Source: Bacillota bacterium | Lineage (GTDB): Bacteria > Bacillota > Sulfobacillia > UBA3575 > DUQP01 | Direction: 5' to 3' | DNA: 63,499 bases | Assembly (NCBI GenBank): GCA_012837735.1 | Contig: DUQP01000042.1 | Location: 1 to 63,499, forward strand | In this document: in pieces, positions 54,547 to 63,499 of the stretch | Numbering within the stretch: the stretch's first letter is position 1 | How the letters are laid out: each line of letters opens with the position of its first letter | Program-made: the position numbers and the translations under genes | The notes under the pieces: model-generated | Told to the model about the DNA's origin: nothing | The model's input: the letters and a program-made list of their open reading frames with translations, nothing else | Databases searched by the model: none

Positions 54547-55020
54547 TTAATCCCTTCCCTCGACCGCTGCCTTGAAATCGGCCACAAGTTGCCGGTAACG
54601 GGCGCCATGGGGTTCAAACCGCAGCGACCGTTCTGTTGGCCCTCTTTTTCCCATCACAACCCACAGACAGGCGGGCGGCAGGATGGGCTGAATCCGATCC
54701 GCCCATTCCAGGCAAACCACGCCATCATCCTCCAGGTATTCCTCCAGGCCGAGTTGATCCGTTTCCGCCACATCCGTCAAGCGATAGACATCGATATGAT
54801 AAAAGGGCAGGCGCCCCTGGTAAACATTGATCAAAGTGAAGCTGGGGCTGGACACGTAGTCCTCCACCCCCTGACCGCGGGCGATCCCTTGCACGAAACA
54901 AGTTTTGCCTGCTCCCAGCTCACCCTGCAGGCAAATCACATCGCCCGGCTCTAAAAGACGTCCCAGGATCTCCCCCAGGTGGAATGTTTCTTTTGCTGAA
55001 CTGGTGGTGAGCGTCAACAC
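54547..55020 (-). CDS. tsaE: tRNA threonylcarbamoyladenosine biosynthesis ATPase TsaE
   Basis: LQGELGAGKTCFVQGIARG Walker A, SPSFTLINVY, YHIDVYRL. GTG start after GGAGGG. Confidence 0.9.
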   Translation of the reverse strand: MLTLTTSSAKETFHLGEILGRLLEPGDVICLQGELGAGKTCFVQGIARGQGVEDYVSSPSFTLINVYQGRLPFYHIDVYRLTDVAETDQLGLEEYLEDDGVVCLEWADRIQPILPPACLWVVMGKRGPTERSLRFEPHGARYRQLVADFKAAVEGRD

Positions 55021-55177
55021 CGGCGTCCCTCCTTGGCAATCCTGACCAACAAATCCTATTATAACCCGGGGGCGGTCGGGCAACAAGGTTGCATAAAACG
55101 GCCTGATAGAGCCGATACTACCATTATAAACCAGGTACACCGCCTTTCACCAGTGGCGCATGAGGGGGGTCGCAAGC

Positions 55178-55399
55178 ATGAATGGCAACGCGCGCAGCCA
55201 GATCAACATCTACGCGCAATTAGCCGATCTGAAAAACGTGGACTATCGCAACACACTGGCGATCGCCACATTAATCGATCTGCTGACGGAAAAAGGGGTG
55301 ATCGACAGGGCGGAATTCGCCGCCCGGGCCCGCCACCTGGATGGCGATTTGCATGCCGGTGGCCAGATCAAGCGCAACAAGGCCAAGGAGCTATTGTAG
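55178..55399 (+). CDS. Hypothetical 73-aa protein
   Basis: ATG after GAGGGGGG, with GC-rich third-position codon usage like its neighbours. No family recognised. Its stop codon region overlaps the 3' end of the convergent GlmL-like gene by 9 nt. Confidence 0.4.
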   Translation: MNGNARSQINIYAQLADLKNVDYRNTLAIATLIDLLTEKGVIDRAEFAARARHLDGDLHAGGQIKRNKAKELL

Positions 55400-56761
55400 T
55401 GGGGATGGAATACCGAAAGAACTGAGCGCCAGTGGCAACACATTTTTCACGCCGGCCTGTAACAACAGCCCGAGGGCAGCCAGGATATAATGGCGGTCGA
55501 TCAAGACTTGTGCCCCTTCCCCCGGCCATAACAACCGGTCGTTGCCGGGGGCTTTCAGGGCCTGCAATATCTGCCGGCCCCCCGGCAAAGCCGTCAGGGG
55601 CCCGCCGGTGCCGATGATCCAACGCACGGCACTCAAATCTCGCCCCTCGGCGACTGTAATCCGGCCGCTGGGGCCATATATTGTGCGCAGTTGGCCGGCA
55701 TGGCGCCTGAGCGCCTGCCGGCTGGCCTCCCGGGCCAGCCGTTCCACGAACGCCACCTCCAGGTCGCTGCGCGGTATCACCACCGGGGCCGCCAGCAACG
55801 GCCGCACCTCTTCCCCCAACTCTTTGGCCAGGTTTTCCGGCCCAATCAACTCCACCACATGCTGGGCATTCACATACACCCCGAGATCCCCTTCCACTGT
55901 GCGCTTGCTGTGGGGTTCGGGATGCAGGGCCAACCGGTGCACCTGTTCCGTCACCGAGTGCACATCCGTCGTCGCTCCCCCGACATCCACCACCAGCAAG
56001 TCCCCGCATTGCTCGGCCAGATACTCAGCGGCCCGCAAAACCGCCGCCGGCGTGGGCATGATCGGCCCATCGACAGACTCCCGGATCCGTTCCATGCCAG
56101 GAGCCTGCACAATGTGTTCCTCAAATACGGCCTGAATTGCCGCCCGGGCCGGCCCCACAACCAGCTCGTCCAGGCGTGGATAGACATTATCCACCACCGG
56201 CACCGGCAGGCCCCCGGCGGACAAAATCGCAACCGCTTCCTGCCGGGCAGCGATGTTGCCGGCAAACACCACCGGCACCGTCACACCCCATGCGGGCAGT
56301 TTGGCCAGACAGCGGGCATTGTGTAAAATGGTCTCTTTTTCCCCATGATCCACCCCGCCGGCCAGCAGGATGATGTTCGGCCTTTGGGATATCACAGCTT
56401 GCAGATCCCCGTCACTCATTTTCCCGGCCGTGACCGCTTTCACGACTGCGCCCGCCCCCAGCGCCGCTTCCCGGGCAGCCCGCACCGTCATATCTTTCAC
56501 CAGGCCATGGACAGTCATGCGCAAACCGCCGGCGGCACTGGCCGCCGCCAGCACCCGCTCCGCCTGCAGTTCCTCCTGGCGCAAACGCCGGCGGAGATCC
56601 TCCTGAGCCTGCGCCAACCCCACCGTGACATCTCCGGCCTCCACGGTGGTCGCAGCCATTCCCTGTCCCAACCTTCTCGGCACAGGGCGGTCCAAACCGT
56701 CAAAAGCGGTCACCGTGGTGGTGGTGCTGCCAATCTCAGCCACTAGAGCATCAATGCGCAT
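55391..56761 (-). CDS. GlmL/MutL-family protein (accessory or reactivase-like component of B12-dependent mutases)
   Basis: MRIDALVAEIGSTTTTVTAFDGL ASKHA-type phosphate-1 motif and a later VVDVGGATTD. About 456 aa. ATG overlaps the oraE end by 11 nt. Confidence 0.75.
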   Translation of the reverse strand: MRIDALVAEIGSTTTTVTAFDGLDRPVPRRLGQGMAATTVEAGDVTVGLAQAQEDLRRRLRQEELQAERVLAAASAAGGLRMTVHGLVKDMTVRAAREAALGAGAVVKAVTAGKMSDGDLQAVISQRPNIILLAGGVDHGEKETILHNARCLAKLPAWGVTVPVVFAGNIAARQEAVAILSAGGLPVPVVDNVYPRLDELVVGPARAAIQAVFEEHIVQAPGMERIRESVDGPIMPTPAAVLRAAEYLAEQCGDLLVVDVGGATTDVHSVTEQVHRLALHPEPHSKRTVEGDLGVYVNAQHVVELIGPENLAKELGEEVRPLLAAPVVIPRSDLEVAFVERLAREASRQALRRHAGQLRTIYGPSGRITVAEGRDLSAVRWIIGTGGPLTALPGGRQILQALKAPGNDRLLWPGEGAQVLIDRHYILAALGLLLQAGVKNVLPLALSSFGIPSPLQ

Positions 56762-59006
56762 GACGGTTCCCCTGTTGCCTGGCCCGGACCAGAAAATCGG
56801 CCACCTCGATTCCCTTCGTGCCGCGCCCAAAACCAGCATCCATGCCGCAGGACCGCGCCAATTCATCACTCACTTGCGTGCCACCCGCCACGAGTAGGAA
56901 CCGCTCCCGCACACCGCGCTCCAGGCACAGATCGTGCAAACGGCGCATGTTACGGCGGTGGATGTCGGCATGGCTGATGATGGTGCTAATTAAGATGGCG
57001 TCCGCATCCACCTCCAGCGCGGCATCGACCACCTTTTCAATCGATACCGATGTGCCGAGGTAGTGACAGTCAATGCCGAAGCTCTCCAGGCCGCCGTGCT
57101 TAATATCGATGATCTCCCGCATCCCCACGGAGTGCTCATCTTCCCCGACCGTAGCCGCCACTATCCGCAGCGATTGGCGCTCCACCTGGGACCGGATCTG
57201 CTCGGCGCTCAGCAACTGGCGTTTTTCCGGAATGACGATCTGGCGCGGGTCAATATCAAATCCCACCACTCCCTTCACTTCCACCAGCGTTCCCTCGGCC
57301 GGGTGCATGGTGCGCACCTGCAACACCTCCGGGTCCTGCAAGTTCAGGCGTTTGGCCAATTCCAAAGCCGCGGCGGCCGCCAGATCAGGCGCCGCCGGGA
57401 AAAAGGCCGTCACCGTCACCACCCCGTCTTGATACCATTGCACCTCCGGGCGCAGCAGTCCCGCCTGGCGATGCTGCCTGGTGGCGGCCAGCCTGACGGC
57501 GGCGTTGTCCTCATCATCCAATTCGTCAATGTAAACGATCTTTTCCGGGTGGCAAAGCGTGCACCCGCCAATCAAATCGCAAGGTGAAGAGATGTCTGGC
57601 AAGTTATTCTGGCCGTAGTGGGCACAGACCGGTGCCAGGTAGTCGTGGTCCCGCGGCACAATGCTGCCGGCCGCCACACCGCCATCCATATGCCGCACGA
57701 TCCCATCGCCGGCCCGCTCCGGATACAGTCCGGAATCAACGAAAAAGCCCCCTGCGACTGCAGCAAAATATCCCCCCACCGCCTGGATCTCTTCCAGGAA
57801 TAGCACTGCCCGTTCCACAATTTCGCGCATCGCCGCCCCGAGCGGGCCATCACGCCGCAGTGCGACCATCTCCCGCAATCCGTCCATTCCCACCAGAGCC
57901 TGCTTGGCAGTATCGACCGCCGCCACACTGTTATAATGCCAGGGCACATTGCGCCCCTCATCCGGGGTGATGGTGCTTTGAATATCCGCCGTAGTGAGGC
58001 GGGAGATCAGCACATTTAGGACATGGGTGACGGTCGCCTCGCGGGGATCAGCCTCGATATAGCGGGTGTTCATCTGGGCGCGCATCCGGTGGCGGCTAAA
58101 CAACCACCGCAAGGCCACCGCGTAGGGCAAGTCAATGCGCAAACAAGGGGCCGGCGGGGCGGTGGGAGGCACAGTCGAAAGCGCCATCTGTTCCTCCGGC
58201 ATGCCCACCCTGGCTGAGAATGAGCAGTTGATGGCATGCTGCACGAGCAGCTCCGGCATTACCTTCCAGGCTTCCCGGGCAGTGGCGTTGGCGTTATGGG
58301 CCCCATCGATTTGCAGGATTTTTGCCCATGTCATCAGACATTTGGCCTCCGCCGCATCCACAAACGATCTGTACATATTCACATTGCGATAGAGGATGTT
58401 ATATTGCGGGTCCTGATGGGCACCATTCACCCCTTCTTCGGCGAACAGCACGGCGATCTCGGGACCAGCCACCCCGCTCACATACGAATGGAAGTTGATC
58501 GGTCGCCCCACTTCATTCTCAATCAGATCGAGGGCCTTGCGGGTGGCGCGCAGCTGCTTGCGGGTGATCGGCACACCGCCGACGCCTTCCGGGGTACCCT
58601 CCAGGAGACCGTCGAAATGGCTCTGGCCGGCGGTGCGGATGACCATGATGTGGTCGGCACCGTGCCAGGCCGCCATCCGCATCCGCCGCAAGTCATCTTC
58701 AAAACGCCCGGAAGCGATCTCAGCGGTGATCACGCAGTCCGGTTGCGGATCAATTTGCCCAAAATATTTAGCGGCCGGCAGTGGGATGGATCTCTGCAAA
58801 GAATCCGTCACCTGGTGATACTGAAACGGCCCCAGCGTCTGCCCCCCACCGAATCGCCAGGTCCAGCCGCGCCGGCGCGGCCGGTAATGTTCCAGCCCGG
58901 TCAAAATCTGTTCCACATCCAATTTGTCCGATTCCCGCAATTCCCGCCCACTCCAGATGGGGATGGGAGCAGTCTCAGCGGGCGTGATCGTCTCATGCTG
59001 CTCCAA
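56751..59006 (-). CDS. oraE: D-ornithine 4,5-aminomutase large (E/beta) subunit, PLP- and adenosylcobalamin-dependent
   Basis: RRGWTWR, EIASGRFEDDLRRMRMAAWHGADHIMVIRTAGQSH, ITPDEGRNVPWH, and the C-terminal B12-binding DxHxxG (GEDEHSVGMREI). Start set at the second TTG, 8 nt after GGAGG. Confidence 0.9.
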   Translation of the reverse strand: MEQHETITPAETAPIPIWSGRELRESDKLDVEQILTGLEHYRPRRRGWTWRFGGGQTLGPFQYHQVTDSLQRSIPLPAAKYFGQIDPQPDCVITAEIASGRFEDDLRRMRMAAWHGADHIMVIRTAGQSHFDGLLEGTPEGVGGVPITRKQLRATRKALDLIENEVGRPINFHSYVSGVAGPEIAVLFAEEGVNGAHQDPQYNILYRNVNMYRSFVDAAEAKCLMTWAKILQIDGAHNANATAREAWKVMPELLVQHAINCSFSARVGMPEEQMALSTVPPTAPPAPCLRIDLPYAVALRWLFSRHRMRAQMNTRYIEADPREATVTHVLNVLISRLTTADIQSTITPDEGRNVPWHYNSVAAVDTAKQALVGMDGLREMVALRRDGPLGAAMREIVERAVLFLEEIQAVGGYFAAVAGGFFVDSGLYPERAGDGIVRHMDGGVAAGSIVPRDHDYLAPVCAHYGQNNLPDISSPCDLIGGCTLCHPEKIVYIDELDDEDNAAVRLAATRQHRQAGLLRPEVQWYQDGVVTVTAFFPAAPDLAAAAALELAKRLNLQDPEVLQVRTMHPAEGTLVEVKGVVGFDIDPRQIVIPEKRQLLSAEQIRSQVERQSLRIVAATVGEDEHSVGMREIIDIKHGGLESFGIDCHYLGTSVSIEKVVDAALEVDADAILISTIISHADIHRRNMRRLHDLCLERGVRERFLLVAGGTQVSDELARSCGMDAGFGRGTKGIEVADFLVRARQQGNRHAH

Positions 59007-59008
59007 CC

Positions 59009-59374
59009 CTACCAACCTCCTTTCCCAAATGCCGCCTGCAACTCATCCCAGCCCTCACCCTGCGCTAAAGCCAGTCCGGCCAAACGCACATCCTGGCCTG
59101 TCAACCTGGCATACCTCAGGACAGCATGGCCCGCCCCCTTACCCAACAGCCCTTTTTCCCCGCACCGGGTCACGATCTCTCCCGCCTCCTGGCCGGAAAA
59201 ACCCATCCGCAGCAGCACAGACCGCTCAATGGAGGGAGAAGTGTGGGTGGCGGCCAACTCCACCAGGGGATCCGTGATCTCCCCGGCCAGCTGCCAAAAC
59301 CGCTCTTTCAATTCGTCATCCGTCAATTCCGCCAGGTGCTGGCGGCGAATGGCATAATCGTCCGCGCGCATCAT
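59009..59374 (-). CDS. oraS: D-ornithine 4,5-aminomutase small (S/alpha) subunit
   Basis: About 121 aa, immediately upstream of oraE. MMRADDYAIRRQHLAELTDDELKERFW... AAGGAG RBS. Confidence 0.8.
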   Translation of the reverse strand: MMRADDYAIRRQHLAELTDDELKERFWQLAGEITDPLVELAATHTSPSIERSVLLRMGFSGQEAGEIVTRCGEKGLLGKGAGHAVLRYARLTGQDVRLAGLALAQGEGWDELQAAFGKGGW

Positions 59375-59388
59375 GACCGCTCCTTTAG

Positions 59389-60408
59389 CTAATCTTTGCC
59401 CCAGGCCCTGGGCACGGGCAGTTCCGTCATGCACAACAAACCGGGCCGGGCGGCGACTACCGCCGGAATCATATTCACCGCCAGGGCCACCGTGCCGGTG
59501 CCCCCGGGGATCTCCGGTTGGCTGCTGAACGCCAGACCAGGATTACCCTCGATCTTGATGAAATCTCCCGTTGAGACTCCCTCCAAATCGGGCCGCACCT
59601 GCTGCGGGTGCTCCAACCGGATTACTTCCCGCCCAGCGCAATAGCCGATCGCAGTATGGTGGCAACCGGCTACCTGGCCCGGCATCACATCCACATAGGC
59701 GGTCTGCCGCCTGGTCCGGGTGATAATCGGGGCGCGCTCTTCGACCACCTCGTCCAAGTGCCAACCAAGGGCGGCCGCGATCATGTGCATGGACTGCCGA
59801 AAGCCAATATGCCCGACGATCTCACCCTTTGCCACTCCTTCCCGGAACTGTTCCGGAGTCGTCCCGACCCCCTGAGTCTGCATTACAGTGGGGCCAAAGG
59901 GGGACAGGTCGTTTACCCGCCGGGCGGTGATTCGCTCCACCTGCAGGCATGGGGCTGTGAGCAGGATAATCAACACATCCAGCACGAATCCAGGGTTAAT
60001 GCCCGTCCCCAGCACGCTCACACCGTGCTGCCTGGCCAGTTGATCCAACCGCTTGGCCAGGACGGGATCACTTGCCCAGGGGTAGGCCATCTCCTCGGCA
60101 ATGCTAATCACGTTGTGGCCGGAGGCCACCGCCGCCTCTAGCAATGGGAACTGCGTAGACAAAAACGAAGTGGTGGCTAAGATCGCCACATCCGCCCGCA
60201 CCGCCGCCAGTGTTTCTTCGGCATTTGTGGTGACGCGCAGCCCGGTCCCCTGCACTTCCCCAAGCAGATTTGCCAGCTGCAATCCCTCATGATCCGGCTC
60301 ACCGCTCACCGCCGCCACCAACTCCACACCATCCATGTGCAGCAAGTGCCGGGCCATGCCGCTCCCCATCGCCCCCAAACCCACCAATGCCACCCGCCAA
60401 GTCGCCAT
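59389..60408 (-). CDS. ord: 2,4-diaminopentanoate dehydrogenase (DapB-like NAD(P) amine dehydrogenase)
   Basis: WRVALVGLGAMGSGMARHLL Rossmann fold, 339 aa, positioned between ortB and oraS as in described ornithine clusters. Confidence 0.8.
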   Translation of the reverse strand: MATWRVALVGLGAMGSGMARHLLHMDGVELVAAVSGEPDHEGLQLANLLGEVQGTGLRVTTNAEETLAAVRADVAILATTSFLSTQFPLLEAAVASGHNVISIAEEMAYPWASDPVLAKRLDQLARQHGVSVLGTGINPGFVLDVLIILLTAPCLQVERITARRVNDLSPFGPTVMQTQGVGTTPEQFREGVAKGEIVGHIGFRQSMHMIAAALGWHLDEVVEERAPIITRTRRQTAYVDVMPGQVAGCHHTAIGYCAGREVIRLEHPQQVRPDLEGVSTGDFIKIEGNPGLAFSSQPEIPGGTGTVALAVNMIPAVVAARPGLLCMTELPVPRAWGKD

Positions 60409-60423
60409 TAATCTTCCCCCTTG

Positions 60424-61809
60424 CTATTGGGCTGTCACTCCCAAGCCGTGCAGGATCTCTCTTGTTTCCTCTTCTCCCAGTCCCACCTCCGCCGCCAGGA
60501 ATTCCAAGTCTGAACGGTCTATCCGGCTCCGTCCCTGAGTGGCCTTTCTTAGATAGGAACGCCGCAACTGGCCGAGCTCCACCTCTTTAATGCCAAGCAA
60601 CTCCGGTTGCGACGGGATGATGATGCTTGCACCGGGAACGCTGGTACGCGGATCGCCACTCCGCACTTGCACACCGTTCTGGCGGGCAAAAGCCAGCTGC
60701 GCCGTCGGGTGTTTACCCGCTCCCGTGTATTCTGTTTCCTGCACCACCAGGATCTGGTCCCGGTCCAGCTCTTGCGCCAAGACCACGGCCGCCGCCAAAG
60801 CGGTGTTGCCGGCCGGACCCCGTTCCAAGCCCTCCAGCTGCGCCAGCATCTCAGTGGCATAGAACACCTCCCCCTGCGTGACCGTCACATAGTGCTGCAA
60901 ATAGCGCAGGGGACGGGCCGCATTCCGCGGTACATCCGTGCGATCCGGCCAGGTGGCAAACGGCACCCCGAAGCCGGTGTGGCCGGTTGTGAAGGACTTG
61001 CGGTTGAAATCCCGGTCACTGGCCATATGTAGGCCGCGCAGATCCACGCTCACCCCCACCACCTGCGTCCCTTGGCAACCGCAGCGCCTGAGACCGCGGG
61101 CCGTCCCCGTCACATTGCCCCCGCCGGCGTGCGTCACCACCACCATGTCCGGCTGGCGATGATAGCGTGCTTGCACCTCCCGGGCGATCTCCATGCCCAG
61201 CGTCTCGATACCGGCGATCGCAAACGGTGTATACAACGAGGCATTGAAAAAGCCGGTTTCCTCCAGCAATAGCAAGAAGACGTAGAACAGCTCCGGCCCG
61301 ACTGTAAGCTGGATTACTTCCGCCCCGTACGCCTCACAGCGACGGCTTTTCTCGATAATCTCCGGTTGCCCGACCCCGCGGCTATCGAACACCTCCTGCA
61401 CCACAATGCAGGGCAACCGGCAGCGGGCGGCCATGGCCGCCACCGCCGCCCCGTAGTTTCCACTGGTGGCGCTGATTACACCGGGATAGCCGTTTTGTTG
61501 CGCATGGTAGACAGAAACCGCTGCCCGCCTGGCCTTGAAACTGCCGGACGGATTGAGTGCTTCGTCTTTGAGCAGGATGCGCGCCCCTTTGCCCGCTGGC
61601 GCCAGTTGCCGCACCAGTTCCGTGACATTCGCCAGTTCCCGCAAGGGGGTTTTACCTACCCCCAGCTCGTCCTGGATCTGTTCCACCGCCGCCGGTTCAT
61701 AACCGATCTGGGCCATCATCTCCTGATAGTGGAAGCCAATCTGGCCGGTCTCAAAGCGATCGTAGTCAATCCCCACCGCCGCCCGCATGATCTCGCTGCG
61801 GCGCGCCAT
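60424..61809 (-). CDS. ortB: 2-amino-4-ketopentanoate thiolase beta subunit (PLP, tryptophan-synthase-beta fold)
   Basis: KTPLRELANV..., LKDEALNPSGSFKARRA (PLP lysine), SGNYGAAVA. The start is trimmed to ATG 61809, just after the ortA stop. Confidence 0.8.
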   Translation of the reverse strand: MARRSEIMRAAVGIDYDRFETGQIGFHYQEMMAQIGYEPAAVEQIQDELGVGKTPLRELANVTELVRQLAPAGKGARILLKDEALNPSGSFKARRAAVSVYHAQQNGYPGVISATSGNYGAAVAAMAARCRLPCIVVQEVFDSRGVGQPEIIEKSRRCEAYGAEVIQLTVGPELFYVFLLLLEETGFFNASLYTPFAIAGIETLGMEIAREVQARYHRQPDMVVVTHAGGGNVTGTARGLRRCGCQGTQVVGVSVDLRGLHMASDRDFNRKSFTTGHTGFGVPFATWPDRTDVPRNAARPLRYLQHYVTVTQGEVFYATEMLAQLEGLERGPAGNTALAAAVVLAQELDRDQILVVQETEYTGAGKHPTAQLAFARQNGVQVRSGDPRTSVPGASIIIPSQPELLGIKEVELGQLRRSYLRKATQGRSRIDRSDLEFLAAEVGLGEEETREILHGLGVTAQ

Positions 61810-61822
61810 CACCGCTGCATAG

Positions 61823-62131
61823 CTATTCACTCTCCGGTCTCCCCCAACCCAGGCGAGCGCGCAGATCCGGCCCGATCGCCAACAGCTCCGGTACCGGCGG
61901 ACCAAATCCATGTCGGTAGGGCTCGGCTAACCCCAACAACCTTCCCTGGACAACGCGACCGCTGGCCGTCCTTACTCTGGCCTGGGCGCCCATCCCGGCT
62001 GCCGCCAACAAATGTCCCCTGACCCGCATCTCCAGCGGTAGGGTAGCAGTATCAACTGGCACCTGCGCAGCCCGTTCCCCGGCCGGCAACACCACCCGAT
62101 ATAGCTCCACCCAACTCCCGGCCTCCAACAC
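61823..62131 (-). CDS. ortA: 2-amino-4-ketopentanoate thiolase alpha subunit
   Basis: About 102 aa. GSWVELYRVVLPAGERAAQVPVDTATLPLEMRVRG. GTG start chosen because GGGGGTGG lies 7 nt upstream, whereas the ORF-track TTG at 62161 has no RBS. Confidence 0.75.
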   Translation of the reverse strand: MLEAGSWVELYRVVLPAGERAAQVPVDTATLPLEMRVRGHLLAAAGMGAQARVRTASGRVVQGRLLGLAEPYRHGFGPPVPELLAIGPDLRARLGWGRPESE

Positions 62132-62239
62132 TGCCGCACCACCCCCATTTATCTTGCGCAATCAGGGTGATGTTAAACCGGATGGCAGGAAAAGCTTAAC
62201 AACGAGAGAATTGTGCCGCATGAGGAAGGAGGCCCTGTG

Positions 62240-63205
62240 ATGACTACCAGGCAAATTGACCGGATCGTGCTATATGGGGGCATTTTCAAGAAAAAGCACA
62301 CACCGACGCTCCAGGAGGCTGCCCCGGGAGCAGAAGTGATCATCACAAATGACCTGGCAGAAGCCCTGGCAGCTGTGCCGGAGGCGCAAGTCTACGCTGG
62401 TATGTCAGAGGAGTTTACGCCAGACATTGTCCGCAAAGGAAAAAAACTAAAATGGATTCAAGCCCTTTCGGCAGGCGTGGAAGCGATGTTGATCCCGGAG
62501 ATCGTACATAGCCCGCTGTTGCTCACAAACGTGGCCGGTATTCACGCGCAACCGATTGCGGAACATGTCTTGGCGATGATCCTCGCTTTCAGCCGCCGCT
62601 TTCCGGCCTTTTTCCGCCAGCAAGGGCAGGCCACCTGGCAACGGCTGCGCCAGGATGAGGTGACGGGCCGCAATGTGCTCGTGATTGGCTTTGGTCATAT
62701 CGGCCAAGCGGTCGCTCACCGCTGCCGGGCCTTTGATATGCGGGTACTGGCGGTGCGCCGCCACCCGGCCCCTCATCCCCTGGCGGACAGCGTCCTGCCT
62801 CCGGAGGAACTCCATACCGGCCTGGCCCAGGCCGATTACGTGGTGCTGGCAGTGCCGCTCACAGCGGACACAAAACAATTAATCGGCACCCGGGAACTGG
62901 CAGCCATGAAAGGGAGCGCCTACCTGATCAACGTTTCGCGCGGGGATGTGGTGGATGAAGAGGCCCTGATCGCAGCATTGCAGGACGGCACCATCGCCGG
63001 GGCCGGCTTGGACGTTTTTGCGCAAGAACCTCTGCCCCCAAAAAGTCCGTTCTGGAGGATGGAAAATGTGATCGTTACGCCCCACCAGGCCGGGGGCACC
63101 CCCCATTACAACAAACGGGCGATGGCCCTGTTTGCGGATAACCTGCGCCGTTACCTGGCGGGCGAACCGCTCATCAATGTGGTGGATAAGCAATTGGGCT
63201 ATTGA
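62240..63205 (+). CDS. D-isomer-specific 2-hydroxyacid dehydrogenase family protein (NAD-binding)
   Basis: VLVIGFGHIGQAVAHR (GxGxxG), SRGDVVDEEAL, LDVFAQEPLP, TPHQAG. ATG after GGAAGGAGG. Confidence 0.85.
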   Translation: MTTRQIDRIVLYGGIFKKKHTPTLQEAAPGAEVIITNDLAEALAAVPEAQVYAGMSEEFTPDIVRKGKKLKWIQALSAGVEAMLIPEIVHSPLLLTNVAGIHAQPIAEHVLAMILAFSRRFPAFFRQQGQATWQRLRQDEVTGRNVLVIGFGHIGQAVAHRCRAFDMRVLAVRRHPAPHPLADSVLPPEELHTGLAQADYVVLAVPLTADTKQLIGTRELAAMKGSAYLINVSRGDVVDEEALIAALQDGTIAGAGLDVFAQEPLPPKSPFWRMENVIVTPHQAGGTPHYNKRAMALFADNLRRYLAGEPLINVVDKQLGY

Positions 63206-63499
63206 ATGTGGGGCCGTCCAGCAGCAGCGGGCGGCCCCGGGGGGGAGCAAAGGTGCGGTTGCCCGTTTTTGCCGTGCTCGGCTGTTTGTAGGGCCTAGGC
63301 GGCCTCATGGCCGCTGTCTGAGGGCACTGTTGATACATTTTTGTACAGCGAATTGCTGGCAGCGCTGGCCTTCCTGGCTCGTTTGCCTTGGCAGGGATGG
63401 CCCATGGGGGAACGCCCCTCCTGCTCACTTTCATAGCAGTCATTTTCTCCAGGAAGCATGTGCGCACGCCATGAAAGAGGGCCCCTGTCGGGGCCCCCG

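Noticed and set aside
58236-59357. 373-aa plus-strand ORF over oraE/oraS
   Set aside because: Antisense shadow of well-supported aminomutase genes, with low-complexity Pro/Arg-rich translation.
62132-62239. Possible cobalamin riboswitch upstream of the B12-dependent ornithine cluster
   Set aside because: The gap is only about 108 nt and lacks a B12 box. It is too short for the ~200-nt aptamer.
63174-63467. 97-aa minus-strand ORF at the right edge
   Set aside because: The product is rich in Pro, Arg and Ala, it overlaps the dehydrogenase 3' end, and it has no RBS.

Overview
GC-rich chromosomal segment, most likely from an endospore-forming Firmicutes/Clostridia-like anaerobe (inferred from gene content). 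About 60 genes, nearly all on the minus strand and tightly packed, often with 1-11 nt overlaps. Left to right: (1) the 3' end of an IS110-type transposase plus an AT-rich tail that truncates an rlmD/rumA-like rRNA methyltransferase gene. (2) A Zn alcohol dehydrogenase and an intact cadC-cadA metal efflux pair. (3) An ACT(UPF0237)/UPF0210 pair, a nitroreductase and RidA. (4) A low-GC relic of a second metal cassette: the tail of a P-type ATPase gene plus a frameshifted HMA chaperone gene. (5) One long co-directional run on the minus strand, listed here in transcription order (decreasing coordinates): hpt-guaA-purEBCSQLFMNHD-queT-flavin reductase-pcrA-ligA-gatCAB. (6) Spore or cell-wall flavoured genes: a LysM-ferritin-like fusion, a 4xLysM protein, a polysaccharide deacetylase and DUF2935. 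Interspersed with these are a Cache/HAMP histidine kinase with a NarL-type regulator, crt-hbd, guaB and ilvD. (7) A TPP-riboswitch-controlled thiD-thiE-thiM-thiC operon ending in an unusual PurM-fold/ThiN-like fusion gene. (8) murC, a gamma-carbonic-anhydrase-like gene and tsaE-tsaB-rimI-tsaD. (9) A complete B12/PLP-dependent ornithine oxidative degradation cluster (ortA-ortB-ord-oraS-oraE plus a GlmL-like gene). No rRNA, tRNA or CRISPR array was seen. I found no clear novel multi-gene system. The best leads are the PurM-fold/ThiN fusion, the promoter-then-terminator leader in front of the purine operon, the ACT/UPF0210 pair with an extra N-terminal module, and the Cys-bracketed LysM proteins. 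All family calls rest on motif recognition by eye, with no searches run. Coordinates of non-coding features may be off by 1-2 nt.
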